25,663 bases of DNA from a virus (taxonomy: Duplodnaviria; Caudoviricetes): IMG/VR virus record IMGVR_UViG_3300027533_000085, positions 1-25,663 of that record; one strand, written 5' to 3'. Shown one piece after another: positions 22,505-25,663 of the stretch. The notes under the pieces were generated by a model that was not told the origin of the DNA, searched no databases, and saw only the letters and a program-made list of their open reading frames with translations. The position numbers were made by a program, and so were the translations under genes. Numbering within the stretch: the stretch's first letter is position 1; each line of letters begins with the position of its first letter.

Positions 22505-25051
22505 ATGGCCAGAAGGCGAACGGCACGGCAGACTCCAGCGACTGGTCTAGCCGTCCCGCAGGAGCAACTCTTTGAAGCCGCGGCGCAGGCGCACCAGCTT
22601 CGCCAATCGACTTTGGAAGCATTGGGAGGTGGGGGCTCCGCCGGCCCCAATGATGGATCTACTCCTGCTTATGTTCAAGCTCCAGAAATTGGAGCCCCCA
22701 AATGGGAAGCCCTCCCCTGCCGCGCCGTTTATCTCGCCATCAAGAACCACGGCCGCTATTCGTTGCAACACGTTGCGGCGCAGCAAATCGCCAACGACGC
22801 ATTGACCGCTTATATCTATGGCCAATCCTGGGCGGATCCTCTTTACCGTCCCAGCCCGCAGATGCGCGTTGCATATAGAAAGGAATTCGAAATTGGCATG
22901 GGCGGGGCAAAGGGCGGGGCGAAGACGTTCCTCCTGCCGATGTGGATGACCTGGGGCAATCCATGGTTGCCGGAATATGAGGACGGCCGGTTGATCCTCC
23001 ATCGCCGGTCCTATCTCTACCATCCCAATTTTATTGGCCTGATCCTGCGCCGCAACCAAGTCGATATGGTGGAGATCATTCAAAAGTCCAAGGACATCTT
23101 TGGGCTCTTTGGAGGTTATTATTCCACCGCAGACTCCACCTACCGTTTTCCTAATGGCGGCATGGTCGGGTTCGGGCATATTGCGGATAAGAATTCTTAC
23201 AAAAAATACTTTGGCCGCAACATCACCAAACTCGCCATCGATGAATTGGTGCAGGTTGAGGAATTGAAAACCTATGAGCAGATCAAATCCTGCGTCCGTT
23301 CAGCCTATCCAGACCTTCGCGCCCAAATTCTCTGCACCTTCAACCCCAAGGGCGGGCCGGGCGTTGCCTGGGTCTTTGATTACTACATAGAGCCTAAACA
23401 GAGGCATCCTACGGAAAAGGATGTGTTGATCCCCATTCTAGGGAGCGATGGGTTGCCTATAAAAGCATTCGACGGGGCCGGCCGGGCGACTTATCCAGAG
23501 CCATCCATCAAGGCCAAGGTCGATATGAAGATGGTCTATGCACGGCTTGGCGTGGAGGCGCCGGCCGGGACCAGCGATTCACTAGATAGATGCTTTATTC
23601 CAGCGTTTGTCACCGACAATCCATATCTTCTAGATGATCCCACCTACGTCAAATCCCTTGCCTCTCTAGACGAGGACGATAGAGATGCGTATTTATTTGG
23701 CAAATGGGAGATGGGCGGCGGGGCTTACTTTGCGAATTTTCGTCCCATGCGTTTAGAACATGAACCAGAGAATGCTTGTCATGTTGTGAAGGGACTAGGG
23801 CAATTCCATGTCCCTGGTGGGAGGCTTGATTCCCTAGGCCGGGAGATTGACCTAACCGACAAGAAGATCTTGTCTCGACCTATCTCCTTCTGGTGGGATC
23901 GCGACATCGGCGGGGACTGGGGATTCGGCCATGAGGCAGCTTTCTATTGGGGGGCGCAGAATCCATCCACCCATCAAATCGACGTTTATCGCGAGAGGGT
24001 CTTTCATGAGACCATGCCGGAATCGGTCGGCTTTGAAGTCGGGAGAGAATCTGCGCAGGAGTTGAGAGAGCATCCTGCCCATCGCATGAATCTTTGGCTA
24101 GGTGGAGACGTTGAGGAGAATAGATCAGGTGGTGGCCGGCAGATCATCGAGCTGATCGCCGCGGGGATCCGCCAAGCGATCGGGCCTAACATGGTCCACA
24201 TGCCGGATTATGTAGCGGCGCAAATTGCGCGAGCCCAGCGCGGCCGGGAGATGGAACGTGATTTTGCCTCAGCTGCGCAGATGCCCAATGGGCAGGAGGC
24301 TTCACCAATTGATTGGCTGGATCCAGAATCGCTTCGCCAAGTGAAGTTGCAACGGGCTAGTGGAATCATCATCCGTCGTGCGCTAAGCGACCGGGTTATT
24401 GGGTGGCAATTGTGCCGATCCATGATGCGATGGGCTCCGATTGTTCCATTTGATTCGCAGCAGTTCGATGCCAACGTTGCCCTCTCTACGCTCTTTAGTG
24501 GGATGGGATCTGGCGGGGGATCCTACGAATTCAACCAGTATATGAACGAGATGGCCAAGCAGCGTCTGGAGGTTCTTCCACGACTGCAGATCTGGGATAA
24601 CTGCGTGCGGTTGATTCAAGCCATTCCTCTAGCTAAGAAGGATGAGCGGCATCCGGACGTCGTTGACAAGACGCATTTCCGCGGGATGGACCTTCTAGAC
24701 GCTTGGCGATACTTATTGATGGGGATGAATGAGAGAAAGGTCGGGGAGAAGGAGCCGTTGGAGGTGGCGATCGAGCGGGAATTTGAACTCAACCTGCATA
24801 AATCTGAGCAAAGAACCGGCAAGGGAATGGACATCAACCAGATGATCCAGATGCGAGCCTTCATCGAGAGCGACATGCGCCGGCAGCGGGGGAAGGACAA
24901 AGGGATGCCGGTGGAGAATTTGATTGCCGCCAGGGGGAATGGCGCTGGAGCTACGGCAGTCAGCCGGCAGCTGGCGGCGCGAGCCCGCGTGCAGCAGATG
25001 TTGAAGGGGCAGTTGGGGCCGAATCTACAATCCGACTGGCGGCGGGGTTAG
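22505..25051 (+). CDS. terL: Terminase large subunit
   Basis: Walker A GGAKGGAKT; LILRR; Walker B AIDEL; TFNP.GGPG..WV; FIPAFVTDNPYL; nuclease motifs GGDWGF and DLLDAWRY. Confidence 0.92.
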   Translation: MARRRTARQTPATGLAVPQEQLFEAAAQAHQLRQSTLEALGGGGSAGPNDGSTPAYVQAPEIGAPKWEALPCRAVYLAIKNHGRYSLQHVAAQQIANDALTAYIYGQSWADPLYRPSPQMRVAYRKEFEIGMGGAKGGAKTFLLPMWMTWGNPWLPEYEDGRLILHRRSYLYHPNFIGLILRRNQVDMVEIIQKSKDIFGLFGGYYSTADSTYRFPNGGMVGFGHIADKNSYKKYFGRNITKLAIDELVQVEELKTYEQIKSCVRSAYPDLRAQILCTFNPKGGPGVAWVFDYYIEPKQRHPTEKDVLIPILGSDGLPIKAFDGAGRATYPEPSIKAKVDMKMVYARLGVEAPAGTSDSLDRCFIPAFVTDNPYLLDDPTYVKSLASLDEDDRDAYLFGKWEMGGGAYFANFRPMRLEHEPENACHVVKGLGQFHVPGGRLDSLGREIDLTDKKILSRPISFWWDRDIGGDWGFGHEAAFYWGAQNPSTHQIDVYRERVFHETMPESVGFEVGRESAQELREHPAHRMNLWLGGDVEENRSGGGRQIIELIAAGIRQAIGPNMVHMPDYVAAQIARAQRGREMERDFASAAQMPNGQEASPIDWLDPESLRQVKLQRASGIIIRRALSDRVIGWQLCRSMMRWAPIVPFDSQQFDANVALSTLFSGMGSGGGSYEFNQYMNEMAKQRLEVLPRLQIWDNCVRLIQAIPLAKKDERHPDVVDKTHFRGMDLLDAWRYLLMGMNERKVGEKEPLEVAIEREFELNLHKSEQRTGKGMDINQMIQMRAFIESDMRRQRGKDKGMPVENLIAARGNGAGATAVSRQLAARARVQQMLKGQLGPNLQSDWRRG

Positions 25052-25073
25052 GGAAGGGGTAGGATAGAAAGCA

Positions 25074-25517
25074 ATGCCGATCAAAGATTTGCGACCATCG
25101 TCGCAAGAATTTCGAATGGCGCAGGAGAGGGTTGCAGAACTCGAAGCGATGTTCCATCAAGCCCTCCAGCGGGCGATCTTCGCAGAAGCCTCTCGAGATG
25201 CTGCCCTGGAGACGAATTCGAAATTGTGGGATCTGTTGAAAGCGAATGTTGAAGCAAAGCCGGTTGCTCCTGTGGTTGCCGTTGCTCCGCCTCCAGTGCT
25301 CCCGCAGGCGCCCAACCTCATGGCCAAGGGAACATCGCCTGCTCTTGCCCCCAAGCCTCCTGCCCCACCAGATTCCCATCCGACCATGATCGACCGGCTG
25401 GCCAGCCAGATGGTTCTGCAGGACCACACCCGGCGGGACTGGCCGCATGATGTTGCGTTGCAAGCCGCCAATGATCAGCTCTTCCTTCCTGTTGTTCCAT
25501 CCATCGAGACCAACTAA
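25074..25517 (+). CDS. Hypothetical protein (N-terminal coiled coil, Pro-rich linker)
   Basis: 147-aa ORF right after terL with purine-rich sequence upstream. Confidence 0.7.
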   Translation: MPIKDLRPSSQEFRMAQERVAELEAMFHQALQRAIFAEASRDAALETNSKLWDLLKANVEAKPVAPVVAVAPPPVLPQAPNLMAKGTSPALAPKPPAPPDSHPTMIDRLASQMVLQDHTRRDWPHDVALQAANDQLFLPVVPSIETN

Positions 25518-25529
25518 TTTGAGAAAACA

Positions 25530-25663
25530 ATGATCCCCATCCTTCCGCCCGCCAACCTCCGCGGTTCCGGACCTGCGTCCTCCAACGGAAGGATCGATCC
25601 CTCGCAGCTCTGGGAGAATCAAACTTTTAGATCAGTCCTCTCCAAATTCCTGCACCATGTCGT
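25530..25663 (+). CDS. Partial CDS, possibly portal protein (by position only)
   Basis: ATG at 25530, open to the window end (MIPILPPANLRGSG...SKFLHHV); no diagnostic motif in the visible part. Confidence 0.45.
   Translation, partial: MIPILPPANLRGSGPASSNGRIDPSQLWENQTFRSVLSKFLHHV

Noticed and set aside
23430-24700. About ten CTAG sites inside terL
   Set aside because: Only modestly above chance and not testable by eye; may reflect local codon usage.
22505-25051. Intein or intron explaining the long terL
   Set aside because: The ORF is continuous, with no intein splice-junction or LAGLIDADG motifs seen.
1-25663. Alternative genetic code or stop-codon reassignment
   Set aside because: Long conserved genes are intact in the standard code, and TAA, TAG and TGA all end genes at sensible positions.

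Overview
This window looks like part of a dsDNA tailed-phage genome (Caudoviricetes-like). No integrase, tRNA, rRNA or CRISPR array is visible. (1) 1-9.85 kb is a leftward-transcribed early/middle block of about 20 mostly small genes with purine-rich RBSs, three sigma70-like promoters and intergenic hairpins. It includes a UvrD-like SF1 helicase and a gp88-like, radical-SAM-like protein. (2) 8.6-10.5 kb is saturated with a small set of hexamers (GCAGGC/GCCTGC, GGCTCG/CGAGCC, CGATCG, CCGACC) that also run through coding sequence. (3) 10.7-11.1 kb is a probable replication origin, with GGGTCCAA iterons in two inverted 70-bp arms, next to a D5-like SF3 helicase gene. (4) 13.2-22.5 kb is a rightward operon of six tail-fibre, receptor-binding or depolymerase-like proteins, running directly into the terminase large subunit and a probable head module. 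The most striking observation is that all six proteins begin with Sec-type signal peptides and most have paired cysteines. This suggests the receptor-binding apparatus is exported and oxidatively folded outside the cytoplasm. An 18-bp imperfect palindrome occurs three times, always in promoter regions. All family assignments come from recognising motifs by eye; no database search was run.
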